Origin: Candidatus Woesearchaeota archaeon
Lineage (GTDB): Archaea > Nanobdellota > Nanobdellia > Pacearchaeales > GW2011-AR1
DNA length: 48,139 nucleotides
Direction of reading: 5' to 3'
Assembly: GCA_964470085.1 (NCBI GenBank)
Contig: CAYXZJ010000002.1
Location: 1,467 to 49,605, forward strand
Positions 8,567-16,996 of this stretch are shown piece by piece. Numbering within the stretch: the stretch's first letter is position 1; the number at the start of each line of letters is the position of its first letter. Both the position numbers and the translations under genes were made by a program. The notes beneath the pieces were generated by a model. That model saw only the letters and a list, made by a program, of their open reading frames with translations, had not been told where the DNA came from and made no database searches.

Positions 8567-9760
8567 ATGCTCATTGATAACATGCCCTGGGCAGAAAAAT
8601 ACAGAGCAAAAAGTTATTCTGAGATTAAAGGACAAGATTTAGCAATTTCTAAAGTAAAAAATTTCTTATCTAATTTCCCATATAAAAAATCATTAATATT
8701 ATTTGGAACCCCTGGAATTGGAAAAACCAGTTTAGCTTATGTAATCGCATTAGAAACCGATTCAGAAATCTTAGAATTAAATGCTAGTGATTTTAGAGAT
8801 AAGAAAAAAATTGCAGAAATAATTGGTCCAGCAATCTCTCAAAAAAGTTTATTTAATAAAAATAAAATAATTTTAGTTGATGAAGTAGATGGAATTAGTG
8901 CTCGAAAAGATTTCGGCGGACTAACTGAATTATTAAGTTTAATAGATAAAAGCGCATTTCCTATTGTAATTACCGCAAACGATATCTGGGACAAAAAATT
9001 CAACACTTTAAGAACAAAATCAGAATTAGTACAATTAAAGGATATTGACTACAAAATTATTCTAGATGTATTAAGAAACGTTGCAGATAAAGAAAATATG
9101 AAAATCTCTGTTGATATATTAACATCTATTGCTGTAAAATCAAATGGAGATTTAAGAGCCGCTTTAAACGATTTACAAACATTCTCTGTGTTAGAAACAA
9201 TTGATGCTACAAATGAAATATCTGAAAGAAATAGAGAAAGAACAATATTTCAAGCATTACAATTTGTTTTTAAAAATCATAATATCAGTGAAGAAATGAC
9301 CAAAATATACGATGATGTAAACTTAAGTATTGATGACGTTTTCTTGTGGGTTGACGAAAATATTCCATTAGAATACAAAGATGATGATTTAGCAAAAGCT
9401 TACAATGCATTAGCATTAGCCGACGTATTTAGAGGAAGAATATACAGAAAACAATATTGGAGATTTATGGTATATGAATATTTGCTGATGGGAGCAGGAA
9501 TTGCTGCATCCAAAAAAAATAACAGAACTGGTTTTACAAACTACAAAAAGCCAAGTAGAATATTAAAAATATGGATGAGTAATCAAAGATTAGCTAAGAA
9601 AAAAACAATATGTGAAAAATATTCAAAAATGTGTCATATTTCTATAAAACAAGCAATGAAAGATTTTTTATTACTTAGAATTCTTTTACAAAACGAAAAA
9701 ATACAAAAACAACTTAAATTAGATCAAGAAGAAATTGAGTTTTTGAAACAAACGTATTAA
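8567..9760 (+). CDS. rfcL: Replication factor C large subunit
   Basis: WAEKYRAKSYSEIKGQ, Walker A GTPGIGKTS, VDEVDG. It lies directly downstream of rfcS. Confidence 0.9.
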   Translation: MLIDNMPWAEKYRAKSYSEIKGQDLAISKVKNFLSNFPYKKSLILFGTPGIGKTSLAYVIALETDSEILELNASDFRDKKKIAEIIGPAISQKSLFNKNKIILVDEVDGISARKDFGGLTELLSLIDKSAFPIVITANDIWDKKFNTLRTKSELVQLKDIDYKIILDVLRNVADKENMKISVDILTSIAVKSNGDLRAALNDLQTFSVLETIDATNEISERNRERTIFQALQFVFKNHNISEEMTKIYDDVNLSIDDVFLWVDENIPLEYKDDDLAKAYNALALADVFRGRIYRKQYWRFMVYEYLLMGAGIAASKKNNRTGFTNYKKPSRILKIWMSNQRLAKKKTICEKYSKMCHISIKQAMKDFLLLRILLQNEKIQKQLKLDQEEIEFLKQTY

Positions 9761-9763
9761 TTC

Positions 9764-9807
9764 TCTCATCCGCGCATCTTTTATTTTAAAGAATTATAGC
9801 CCCGCGC
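9764..9807. repeat. 44-bp perfect direct repeat, copy 1; contains an orphan copy of the last 11 nt of tRNA-Gln plus its 33-nt trailer
   Basis: tctcatccgcgcatcttttattttaaagaattatagccccgcgc is identical to 9883-9926 (offset 119 nt). Confidence 0.95.
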
Positions 9808-9882
9808 TACTCACAAAATGCATCTCACAAATCAAATAAAATACATACTTTTGTTCAAAGCATTTTGTTCGGATTCGAAAGT

Positions 9883-9926
9883 TCTCATCCGCGCATCTTT
9901 TATTTTAAAGAATTATAGCCCCGCGC
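9883..9926. repeat. 44-bp perfect direct repeat, copy 2; overlaps the 3' end of the intact tRNA-Gln
   Basis: Identical to 9764-9807. Its last 11 nt (9916-9926) are tRNA-Gln positions 63-73. Confidence 0.95.
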
Positions 9927-9988
9927 GGATTCGAACCGCGGTCGCTGGGACCAAAACCCAGTATCCTTGACCACTAGACTACGGGACT
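9916..9988 (-). tRNA. tRNA-Gln (anticodon UUG), 73 nt, no intron
   Basis: Reverse complement AGTCCCG TA GTCTAGTGGTCAAGGAT A CTGGG TTTTGGT CCCAG CGAC CGCGG TTCGAAT CCGCG CGGGGCT A. The acceptor has 7 bp (one G-U). The D-loop GG and T-loop TTCGAAT are canonical. Confidence 0.9.
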
Positions 9989-10072
9989 ATTTCTATTCTT
10001 AATTATCTAATCAATTTTAAAAAGCTTATTGTTGAACAAAGAATTTTTAAACTAATAAAAATATAATACAAT

Positions 10073-10225
10073 ATGGCAAATTTACAAATACCATCAAGTG
10101 GCTCTGGCTTAACAAGATACAACGAAGAATATTCTTCCGTATTTAAAATTAAACCTGCAACAGTAATTGGAATGACTGTAGTAACGATAATTTTAGAAAT
10201 AATTTTACATTTTATAATAAAATGA
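10073..10225 (+). CDS. Preprotein translocase Sec61 beta subunit (archaeal SecG/Sec-beta), 50 aa
   Basis: Absent from the track (under 60 aa). MANLQIPSSGSGLTRYNEEYSSVFKIKPATVIGMTVVTIILEIILHFIIK matches the archaeal Sec-beta pattern SAGLxRYxDE...KxxPxxVIGxxV plus a C-terminal TM. The stop overlaps the nac start as ATGA. Confidence 0.85.
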   Translation: MANLQIPSSGSGLTRYNEEYSSVFKIKPATVIGMTVVTIILEIILHFIIK

Positions 10226-10566
10226 TTCCAAATATTAATCCACGACAGATGCAAGCAATGATGAAACAAATGGGAATTTCTCAAACTCCTATTAGAGCCA
10301 GAAAAGTAATTTTTGAGACTGAAGACGGAAACTTAGTAATAAATAATCCTGATGTGTTGAAGGTTATGATGCAAGGACAAGAGACGTACCAAATAACTGG
10401 ACATGCAATATTAGAAATTCCTGAAGAAGAATCTTCTTTCTCTGATGATGACATAGAAATGGTAATTTCTCAAACACACAAAGACAGAGAATCCGTAGCT
10501 AAAGCATTAGAATCTACAGATGGAGATATTGCAGAAGCTATAATAAAATTAAAAGAAATTAACTAA
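10222..10566 (+). CDS. nac: Nascent polypeptide-associated complex protein (NAC domain + C-terminal UBA)
   Basis: MIPNINPRQMQAMMKQMGI...VIFETEDGNLVINNPDVLKVMMQGQETYQI (NAC fold) and DIEMVISQTHKDRESVAKALESTDGDIAEAI (UBA-like). Confidence 0.9.
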   Translation: MIPNINPRQMQAMMKQMGISQTPIRARKVIFETEDGNLVINNPDVLKVMMQGQETYQITGHAILEIPEEESSFSDDDIEMVISQTHKDRESVAKALESTDGDIAEAIIKLKEIN

Positions 10567-10616
10567 ATATTTTTCTAAATGAAAAGATTTAAAAAGTAAT
10601 ATATTTTTTACATTAT

Positions 10617-11033
10617 ATGACAATCAGTAAAAAGATTATAACAACAAAAAAAAGTATTGCAAAATTCATTTTTGCTGGAATTTTAATAATAAGTGGAATA
10701 TTATTAAATTATTTTAATTTAGGAAAGGTTGAATTTTTTTCCTATAATTCAGTTGGTTCTTATTTAATTTTTTGTGGATTTATTGTATTAATTACATCTA
10801 TAATGATAATATTTACCAAAAAAAATAAAATATACGACGAACGAAATGAAAAAATAAGTATAAGAGCAATGTCTTGGGTGTGGTTTTTTTTATTTTTCGG
10901 TGGATTTATTATAATGATTATCGACGGTATATCACCAATAAATATTAGAATTAGTGAATTTATTTCATATTCAATATGTGCATTATTATTAATCTACAGC
11001 GTGTTTTACTATATTTACAGTAAACGAATGTGA
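10617..11033 (+). CDS. 4-TM membrane protein, partner of the downstream small HTH regulator
   Basis: Hydrophobic segments are visible in the translation. The arrangement (small membrane protein followed 4 nt later by a 64-aa XRE HTH) resembles known DUF2178-type pairs; that resemblance is an inference. Confidence 0.6.
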   Translation: MTISKKIITTKKSIAKFIFAGILIISGILLNYFNLGKVEFFSYNSVGSYLIFCGFIVLITSIMIIFTKKNKIYDERNEKISIRAMSWVWFFLFFGGFIIMIIDGISPINIRISEFISYSICALLLIYSVFYYIYSKRM

Positions 11034-11037
11034 TAAA

Positions 11038-11232
11038 ATGAAAACAAACATAACCCAACTACGTAAAAAATTAAATCTAACACAAGAACAATTAGCAAAT
11101 AAAGTTAACGTAACTCGCCAAACTATTATATCTTTAGAACAAGGAAAATATAACCCTTCGCTAGAACTTGCATATAAAATAACAAAAATTTTAAACGCTG
11201 AAAAAATAGAAGATGTTTTTTTAATCAAATAA
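11038..11232 (+). CDS. XRE-family helix-turn-helix transcriptional regulator (64 aa)
   Basis: [41 protein letters not shown] is a textbook Cro/C1 HTH. Confidence 0.85.
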   Translation: MKTNITQLRKKLNLTQEQLANKVNVTRQTIISLEQGKYNPSLELAYKITKILNAEKIEDVFLIK

Positions 11233-12291
11233 TAAATTTATCAATTTTGATGAATCAAATTTCTCTATATCGTCATAATTTTGACCTGTACCCAAATAAT
11301 AAATTGGTTTTCCTGTAACTTTTGAAACTGAAATTGCAGTTCCACCTTTTTCATCGACATCTGCCTTAGATAGAATAATTCCATCTATTCCAATAGCGTC
11401 ATTAAAATCTTTAGCCTGTTGAGTCGCATCATTTCCAGTAATTGATTCTCCAAGAAAAATTTTCAAATCTGGATTATTTACTCTCGCAATTTTTTCTATT
11501 TCTTTCATTAATGAATCCTTATTGTTCATTCTTCCCGCGGTATCAATTAGAACAACATCTATTTTGTTTTTTTGAGCATATTTAATAGCATCAAACCCCA
11601 CAGAGGCTGGATCTGCTCCATAATCTTTTTTTATTAACGGAACATTAAGTTTATCTGCATGAAATTGCAATTGTTCAATTGATGCAGCCCTAAATGTATC
11701 TGCAGCAGCAAAACAAACAGAAAACTTATTTTTCAAAATCAAGTTCGCCACCTTAGCAATCGTAGTAGTTTTGCCTGCTCCATTAATTCCAGCGAATAGA
11801 ATAACAAATGGTTTATCTTTTTTATTCTTTATTTGTTCAATCAAATCTTCTGGTTCAAAAAGAATATTTTCTATTGATTTTTTTAATTCAGACAATATAT
11901 CAACATTTTTATCTCCATTAACTAAGTTTTCCTTTAATGATTTTTTTATATCATCAATAACTTCATACGCAACATTATTTTGTAATAAAATCAATTCTAA
12001 TTCTTCAAATAACTCATCAAACCTTTCTTCTGATAAAGATTTGGAGAATATGCTTACTTTTTTAGGAATTTCTTTCAATTCTTTTTTTTCTTTTTTATTC
12101 TCTTCCTTATCTTTAACTTTTTTGACGCTTTTTTCTATTTTATCTACTTTTGCTTCTTTTTTTTTCAATTTATTGTTATTTTTTTGTTTCTTTTTTTCTT
12201 CAATTTTCACATTTACGGCACTCTTATCATCTTTTTGAGCTTTTGATACCCAGCTTTGCAATTTTGCTTTTAAAGATTTAAACATAACCAT
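11221..12291 (-). CDS. ftsY: Signal recognition particle receptor FtsY
   Basis: Lys/Glu-rich A region, then [29 protein letters not shown]. The track ORF extends to 12333; M15 (12291) or M17 (12285) fits the divergent promoter better. Confidence 0.9.
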   Translation of the reverse strand: MVMFKSLKAKLQSWVSKAQKDDKSAVNVKIEEKKKQKNNNKLKKKEAKVDKIEKSVKKVKDKEENKKEKKELKEIPKKVSIFSKSLSEERFDELFEELELILLQNNVAYEVIDDIKKSLKENLVNGDKNVDILSELKKSIENILFEPEDLIEQIKNKKDKPFVILFAGINGAGKTTTIAKVANLILKNKFSVCFAAADTFRAASIEQLQFHADKLNVPLIKKDYGADPASVGFDAIKYAQKNKIDVVLIDTAGRMNNKDSLMKEIEKIARVNNPDLKIFLGESITGNDATQQAKDFNDAIGIDGIILSKADVDEKGGTAISVSKVTGKPIYYLGTGQNYDDIEKFDSSKLINLLFD

Positions 12292-12306
12292 TTTATGATA
12301 AGAGAC

Positions 12307-12316
12307 TTTAAAAAAT
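12307..12316. promoter_or_regulatory. TATA-like element in the 44-nt divergent ftsY/GINS spacer
   Basis: tttaaaaaat is centred ~25 nt from the GINS ATG (12336) and ~20 nt from the ftsY ATG (12291). Confidence 0.3.
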
Positions 12317-12335
12317 CTTTTAATTATGAACAATT

Positions 12336-12890
12336 ATGATAACATTTAATGAAATCTATGAAGCACTAAAAAAAGAAAAATTTAGTGACAGTGTTCAACT
12401 ATTACCTAGAAATTTTTTGAAGGAATCGCAAATTTATTTTGATGAAAGAAAAAAATATATTGATAATGAAAATGATTCTTTTAGCGAAATAGCAATAAAA
12501 AATAAGAAAAAATTAGAAAATTCTATAACTAGTTTTCAGGACTTACTAAGACTTAGAAAGAAAAAAATATTAAATCTTGCATTTATAGCAAGTGAGACAG
12601 GAATAAGTAAAAGAGACTCTGAAAATTTGTTAAATTTTGAAAAAGAATTATTTGATTCTATTGTAAAATCTTTAGAAAAATCAAATAAAAATAAAGACAA
12701 TGAAATGAAACAAGATGCAGACAGTGAAAAAAAACATAAATTAGTTAGATTTGTTGAAGAAGTTCCAGCATTCTTAGATATTGAAGGAAATGAAATAGGA
12801 CCATTTAGTAAAGGAGAAATTGCAAATCTAGATAACGAAATTGTAAATATTCTTTCACAAGATAACAGAGTCGAATTAATGGATGAATAA
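12336..12890 (+). CDS. GINS complex subunit (Gins51/Gins15-like)
   Basis: An N-terminal helical A-domain (LLRLRKKKILNLAF) and a C-terminal B-domain pattern (VRFVEEVPAFLDIEGNEIGPFSKGEIANLDNEIVNIL), as in archaeal Gins51. Motif-level recall only. Confidence 0.6.
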   Translation: MITFNEIYEALKKEKFSDSVQLLPRNFLKESQIYFDERKKYIDNENDSFSEIAIKNKKKLENSITSFQDLLRLRKKKILNLAFIASETGISKRDSENLLNFEKELFDSIVKSLEKSNKNKDNEMKQDADSEKKHKLVRFVEEVPAFLDIEGNEIGPFSKGEIANLDNEIVNILSQDNRVELMDE

Positions 12891-12894
12891 AAAA

Positions 12895-12965
12895 TGGGCG
12901 CAGGAGGAATCGAACCCCCCTCCGCCGGTCTGGAGCCGGCGATTCTACCAATAGACTATGCACCC
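12895..12965 (-). tRNA. tRNA-Trp (anticodon CCA), 71 nt
   Basis: Reverse complement GGGTGCA TA GTCTATTGGTAGAAT C GCCGG CTCCAGA CCGGC GGAG GGGGG TTCGATT CCTCC TGCGCCC A. Canonical GG and TTCG elements. Confidence 0.9.
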
Positions 12966-13010
12966 AATATAAAATATGTTATTGAATAATACTTTTAAAG
13001 ATTTTGTTAT

Positions 13011-14381
13011 TTACATTACTCCACCAAAGAAGTTTTTCATCGCAGGATTCATATCTAATGCGTATTTCTGAGCAACATTTTGGTACATCTGATATAAAAT
13101 CATAATTGCTAAAAGAATAGCTGTTCCAGCAACTAATGAGCCAAATAGATCAGCAACACTAGCTAAAAGACCGATAGCAAAACCACCCATAATAGTCAAT
13201 GGTTTAACATATCTAGACAAAATACTTTCTAAAACTCTTTCATCTTTTCTAAATCCAGGAATACTCATTCCGCTTCCCATTATCTTTTTAGCTTGACTAT
13301 TAGCATCTAATCCACTTGTTGTAACCCAGAAGAATGAAAACAAAACTGAGAAACCACAATAAAACAATAAATGACATAAAGATTGAACCAAATATTGCCA
13401 CCTAAATGTACCTGTAATTAATGCAGAAACTATATCCGTTGAGCCTATCCAGAATGCGAATCCACTTGTTGCAACTCCATTAACAAAATTTCCTAAAAAT
13501 GTAGGATGACCAAGCCAAGTCTGTAATAAACCACCAAATAATTGTAATGTAGCAGTTAAAGAAGAAACTAATATTACTGGAATAACACCTGTATAAAAGA
13601 AACTCAATGGCCATTTAACATTATATCCACGAACTCTATCATAAGATAATGGAATTTCAACCTTCAAACTCTGAGCAAAAACAACTACAAAGAATAATAA
13701 TACAGTAATTACAATTGGAACCAAAGCAACCATAGCTCCAGTTGGATCATTATTCGCAAATGAATAAATTACAGATAAAACCTTACCACTTGCAGCAAAT
13801 TGACCAGATGTACCAATAAACTGGAATAACTGTGCAAATAATCTCCAAGCAATACCACCAACAATAAATAATGAAATACCACTACCTAAACCCCATTTTT
13901 GAACAATCTCGTCCATAAATAATAATAAAACACCACCTATACACAATTGAATTATTACGATAAATTCTTTCCCAGGAACAGCCGCAACTCCTCCCATTAA
14001 AACATAAATCATTGCTTCAAATATTATAAAAACAAATGACAATAACTTAGATAATCCTTGATAAAATTTTTTACCATCTTCAGTATTCGTATCTATTTTT
14101 AGAATTTGAGCACCAACTAATAATTGTAAAATAATAGAAGCCATAACAATAGGACCAATACCTAATGTAATAATAGAACCAAAACTAGTTCCAAGTAAAA
14201 TAGCCAAATATTCAAAATTACTTAATGCATTTTCTGTAATTCCGTATAAAGGAATATTACACAATACAAAATAAAGTAGCAAAACTATTAATGTCCATTT
14301 AATAGCTACCTTAAAATTTACCTTTTTTTCCGTAGGAGAAATTACTTCAGGCAAATTCTGTAAAAAATCCTTGAAAGCCAT
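13011..14381 (-). CDS. secY: Preprotein translocase subunit SecY
   Basis: 10-TM profile. N-terminal ...PEVISPTEKKVNFKVAIKWTLIVLLLYFVL and GIGPIVMASIILQLL are typical of SecY/Sec61alpha. Confidence 0.95.
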   Translation of the reverse strand: MAFKDFLQNLPEVISPTEKKVNFKVAIKWTLIVLLLYFVLCNIPLYGITENALSNFEYLAILLGTSFGSIITLGIGPIVMASIILQLLVGAQILKIDTNTEDGKKFYQGLSKLLSFVFIIFEAMIYVLMGGVAAVPGKEFIVIIQLCIGGVLLLFMDEIVQKWGLGSGISLFIVGGIAWRLFAQLFQFIGTSGQFAASGKVLSVIYSFANNDPTGAMVALVPIVITVLLFFVVVFAQSLKVEIPLSYDRVRGYNVKWPLSFFYTGVIPVILVSSLTATLQLFGGLLQTWLGHPTFLGNFVNGVATSGFAFWIGSTDIVSALITGTFRWQYLVQSLCHLLFYCGFSVLFSFFWVTTSGLDANSQAKKIMGSGMSIPGFRKDERVLESILSRYVKPLTIMGGFAIGLLASVADLFGSLVAGTAILLAIMILYQMYQNVAQKYALDMNPAMKNFFGGVM

Positions 14382-14422
14382 GATATACTTATCAAATATT
14401 AATTTATAAAGTTATTGACAAA

Positions 14423-14926
14423 TTAGTTTATAACTGAAACCTTTACACGACGCTCTTTTGGTAAAAAATTATATAAAATATTTTCATTCCCTACCTTTCC
14501 AACTCCGATAAAGTCTCCATCTTCTTTTGATTTAATTACAACAAATCCCTTCAAATTATTTTTTTGTTGTTCATCAATTGTAACATCATTACCCAAAAAC
14601 CATTTTTTTTCCTGTTCTTCATTCAATGTTAAAATATTAAATTTTATCTTATCTTTCCATAAATGAACAGAATCCAAACTTAATCTATACTCATGATTTC
14701 CATTTTTTTTATCTATACTATCTTTACCAACATACAATCCAATTCCTTCAACTGGGACAATATCAACCAAAGCTGCAATATCTTCTTTTGTTAAATCACC
14801 CGTATAAGCTCTAACTCTTTCACTTCCCCATTTTACTAAACTTTCAGGTACCTTATCAATCCCAAAATTTTCAAATCCAGAAATAAATTTCTTTTTTTTA
14901 GAATTATCCATAAATTGAAAAATCAT
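14423..14926 (-). CDS. Nip7-like pre-PUA/PUA RNA-binding protein
   Basis: Size and pattern (RVRAYTGD..., C-terminal GFVVIKSKEDGDFIGVGKV...NFLPKERR) fit Nip7/PUA. The start ATG at 14926 overlaps the Nop2/Sun stop as ATGA; the track start at 14947 is less likely. Confidence 0.6.
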   Translation of the reverse strand: MIFQFMDNSKKKKFISGFENFGIDKVPESLVKWGSERVRAYTGDLTKEDIAALVDIVPVEGIGLYVGKDSIDKKNGNHEYRLSLDSVHLWKDKIKFNILTLNEEQEKKWFLGNDVTIDEQQKNNLKGFVVIKSKEDGDFIGVGKVGNENILYNFLPKERRVKVSVIN

Positions 14927-15972
14927 TTTTTTTCCTCCAATAAACATTTATCACTTATCTTTTTCATTTTACAAACAAAAAATCCATCTGTATTGTTATC
15001 TTGAGGATAAAGCCTTAAACATTTTGAAACATTTTTGTCCAATTTTTTACCATTCCATTCAGTAATTCCATTTCTAAACTTTAATGGTAAATTTATTTGT
15101 TCTATTTCTACATCAAAATTTTTAATTAAATAATCCACAACGAATTCGTCTTCTTCAGGTCCCAAAGTACATGTTGAGTAAATCATTTCTCCTGCTACAT
15201 CCAGAAGTTTCAATGCAGCAGAAGCCAATTTACGTTGAAGAGATGCAGTTTTATCAATCATTTTTTTATTCCACATAACAAAAGTTTTTGGACTTTTTCG
15301 TAAAGTTCCTTCTCCTGTACATGGAGCATCAACTAAAATTTTGTTAAATTTTATATTTGTTTTTTTTATAATATTATTACATAAAGCAATTCCATCTTTT
15401 CTTGTAATAACGACGTTCGTTACACCACACCTCTCTAAATTACTTGAAAGAATTCCAACACGTCCCATATTTACTTCGTTAGCAACAATAGTTCCTTCAT
15501 TATTCATTAAAGCAGCAGCTTGAGTTGTTTTACTTCCAGGACTAGCACATAAATCAAGTAAAGCATCTCCAGCTTTTGGCTGTAAAATAAGCATTGGAAG
15601 CATAGAGCTAATTTCCTGAACATAAAAATAACCCAACAAATGTTCTTTACTTTTTCCCAAAGCACCAGCCGAATTTCCACTAACAATCATAACTTCCGGA
15701 AATCCATTTAAAGGTTGAGTTATTTTCCAACCATACTTTTCTAAACGACACTTTAATTTTTCTGGACTTATTTTTATAGTATTACATCGAATAGAATCTG
15801 GAGTTTCCGTATAACAAATTTCTAAAAAATCTTTTACTTCATCTCCTAAAAGAAGACGCATTCTTTCAATAAACTCTTCTTTAGCAGGAAATCTTCTCTT
15901 TAAATTTTCAGAATATTTTTCCTGTATCTCTTCACGAGTTTTATTATTTACCATAAACATATACTTAATCAA
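14923..15972 (-). CDS. NOL1/NOP2/Sun-family RNA cytosine-C5 methyltransferase
   Basis: DLCASPGSKTTQ (SAM motif I), DAPCTGEGTLRK (motif IV Cys), YSTCTL (motif VI Cys). Confidence 0.9.
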   Translation of the reverse strand: MIKYMFMVNNKTREEIQEKYSENLKRRFPAKEEFIERMRLLLGDEVKDFLEICYTETPDSIRCNTIKISPEKLKCRLEKYGWKITQPLNGFPEVMIVSGNSAGALGKSKEHLLGYFYVQEISSMLPMLILQPKAGDALLDLCASPGSKTTQAAALMNNEGTIVANEVNMGRVGILSSNLERCGVTNVVITRKDGIALCNNIIKKTNIKFNKILVDAPCTGEGTLRKSPKTFVMWNKKMIDKTASLQRKLASAALKLLDVAGEMIYSTCTLGPEEDEFVVDYLIKNFDVEIEQINLPLKFRNGITEWNGKKLDKNVSKCLRLYPQDNNTDGFFVCKMKKISDKCLLEEKK

Positions 15973-15994
15973 ACGTTTTTAATAGTTTCTAGAA

Positions 15995-16204
15995 TTATTT
16001 CTTCTTATTAGCTTTTAACTTAGCTTTTGCTTCTTTTACAACGTCACTTTTTCTAACCCAATCAACTTTTTTATTATTTCTTCCCATTTCAGAATTTTTT
16101 CTACATTTAGAAGAACAAAAATGTCTAACTGAACCATCTTTTTGAACTACTGAAATTCCTCTTGGAAATTCATAATTAGACTTACAAAACCAACAAACTG
16201 GCAT
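15995..16204 (-). CDS. rpl24e: 50S ribosomal protein L24e
   Basis: MPVCWFCKSNYEFPRGISVVQKDGSVRHFCSSKCRKN zinc-ribbon signature. It is the last gene of the L7Ae-S28e-L24e operon. Confidence 0.9.
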   Translation of the reverse strand: MPVCWFCKSNYEFPRGISVVQKDGSVRHFCSSKCRKNSEMGRNNKKVDWVRKSDVVKEAKAKLKANKKK

Positions 16205-16205
16205 T

Positions 16206-16514
16206 TTAACTCTGGCCTCCCTTGTTTATTCGTTTCATAATTTTTCTAGCTTCTATTTCTGTTTCTCTTAATATTAATATATCTTTTTTATCAACTGGAC
16301 CACGAACATTTCTTCTCATCGTTTTCCCTCTATTTTTACCTTGCAAAATTCTAACTTTAACTTGAGTTATTTCGCCTCGTGTTCCACTTCTTCCCAAACA
16401 TGCTTCAACAACAGCAGGAACTGGTCCTTCCTCAACAAGTTTATCACTACCCTTAGAAGCACCTGTGGACTTCTTTTGAGCTTTCGAATCTTGAATTTTT
16501 TGTACCTTTGCCAT
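16206..16514 (-). CDS. rps28e: 30S ribosomal protein S28e with a Lys-rich N-terminal extension
   Basis: [58 protein letters not shown]. Confidence 0.9.
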   Translation of the reverse strand: MAKVQKIQDSKAQKKSTGASKGSDKLVEEGPVPAVVEACLGRSGTRGEITQVKVRILQGKNRGKTMRRNVRGPVDKKDILILRETEIEARKIMKRINKGGQS

Positions 16515-16551
16515 TCTTAATAATTCTCTTATTGAAAAAACTAGGTTTTAA

Positions 16552-16839
16552 TTAATCTAACTTTGCTTCGCCAGCTTCAATTATAGCAACGGCAGCAGTA
16601 GATCTATTAATTCCAGCAGCAATACCTAACTTTTCTTTTGAATCAACTTCAACAAATTTTATACCTTTTTCTTTACAGATAATAGGTAAATGTTGAATCA
16701 ATTCTTTAGGGTCAACGTCTTTTGCAGCAAAAACTGCTTTTGCGATTCCTCGTTCAACAGCCTTTGTAACTTCGTTAACACCCTTGTCAACTTTCCCAGT
16801 CTTGCTTGCTTTTTCAACAATGTTATATGTGTTTTCCAT
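16552..16839 (-). CDS. rpl7ae: 50S ribosomal protein L7Ae (kink-turn binding), compact 95-aa form
   Basis: KGVNEVTKAVERGIAKAVFAAKDVDPKELIQHLPIICKEKGIKFVEVDSKEKLG. Confidence 0.9.
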   Translation of the reverse strand: MENTYNIVEKASKTGKVDKGVNEVTKAVERGIAKAVFAAKDVDPKELIQHLPIICKEKGIKFVEVDSKEKLGIAAGINRSTAAVAIIEAGEAKLD

Positions 16840-16967
16840 TTTGTTTTTTTAATTTAATTAATTAAGAGAACCTAAATCCTCCTAACCCTAAGGTCAATCA
16901 TAGGTAATAGTTAAACAAAAATTCTATTTATAAAGTTAATGGTATTTTTTTGATTTAATTAGCTAGG

Positions 16968-16977
16968 TTTTTATAAT
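16968..16977 (+). promoter_or_regulatory. TATA-like box for map
   Basis: tttttataat is centred ~24 nt upstream of the ATG at 16997. Confidence 0.35.
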
Positions 16978-16996
16978 AAAGATTATTTTAATAAAT

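Noticed and set aside
9797-9882. Second tRNA gene with a non-canonical intron, or a split or permuted tRNA half
   Set aside because: Only positions 54-73 of tRNA-Gln are present. Nothing upstream on the minus strand supplies an acceptor 5' strand, D arm or anticodon arm, and I could not draw a bulge-helix-bulge motif at the insert boundaries.
10003-10284. 93-aa minus-strand track ORF
   Set aside because: It is antisense to the well-supported Sec61beta and nac genes. Its composition is hydrophobic shadow-frame.
10989-11228. 79-aa minus-strand ORF
   Set aside because: Antisense to the textbook XRE HTH gene.
11771-12238. 155-aa plus-strand ORF
   Set aside because: Antisense to ftsY. The Ser/Phe-rich product is the complement of the Lys/Glu-rich A region.
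12292-12333. N-terminal extension of ftsY (MFIIKRFFKVSYHK)
   Set aside because: It would leave only 2 nt between divergent genes and place the TATA-like box inside the coding region. The internal Met at 12291/12285 is preferred.
15341-15523. 60-aa plus-strand ORF
   Set aside because: Antisense shadow inside the Nop2/Sun gene.
16840-16996. Possible small RNA or C/D-box sRNA in the 157-nt L7Ae/map divergent spacer
   Set aside because: No C (RUGAUGA) / D (CUGA) box pair or stable stem was found by eye. The spacer is adequately explained by two divergent TATA-like promoters.
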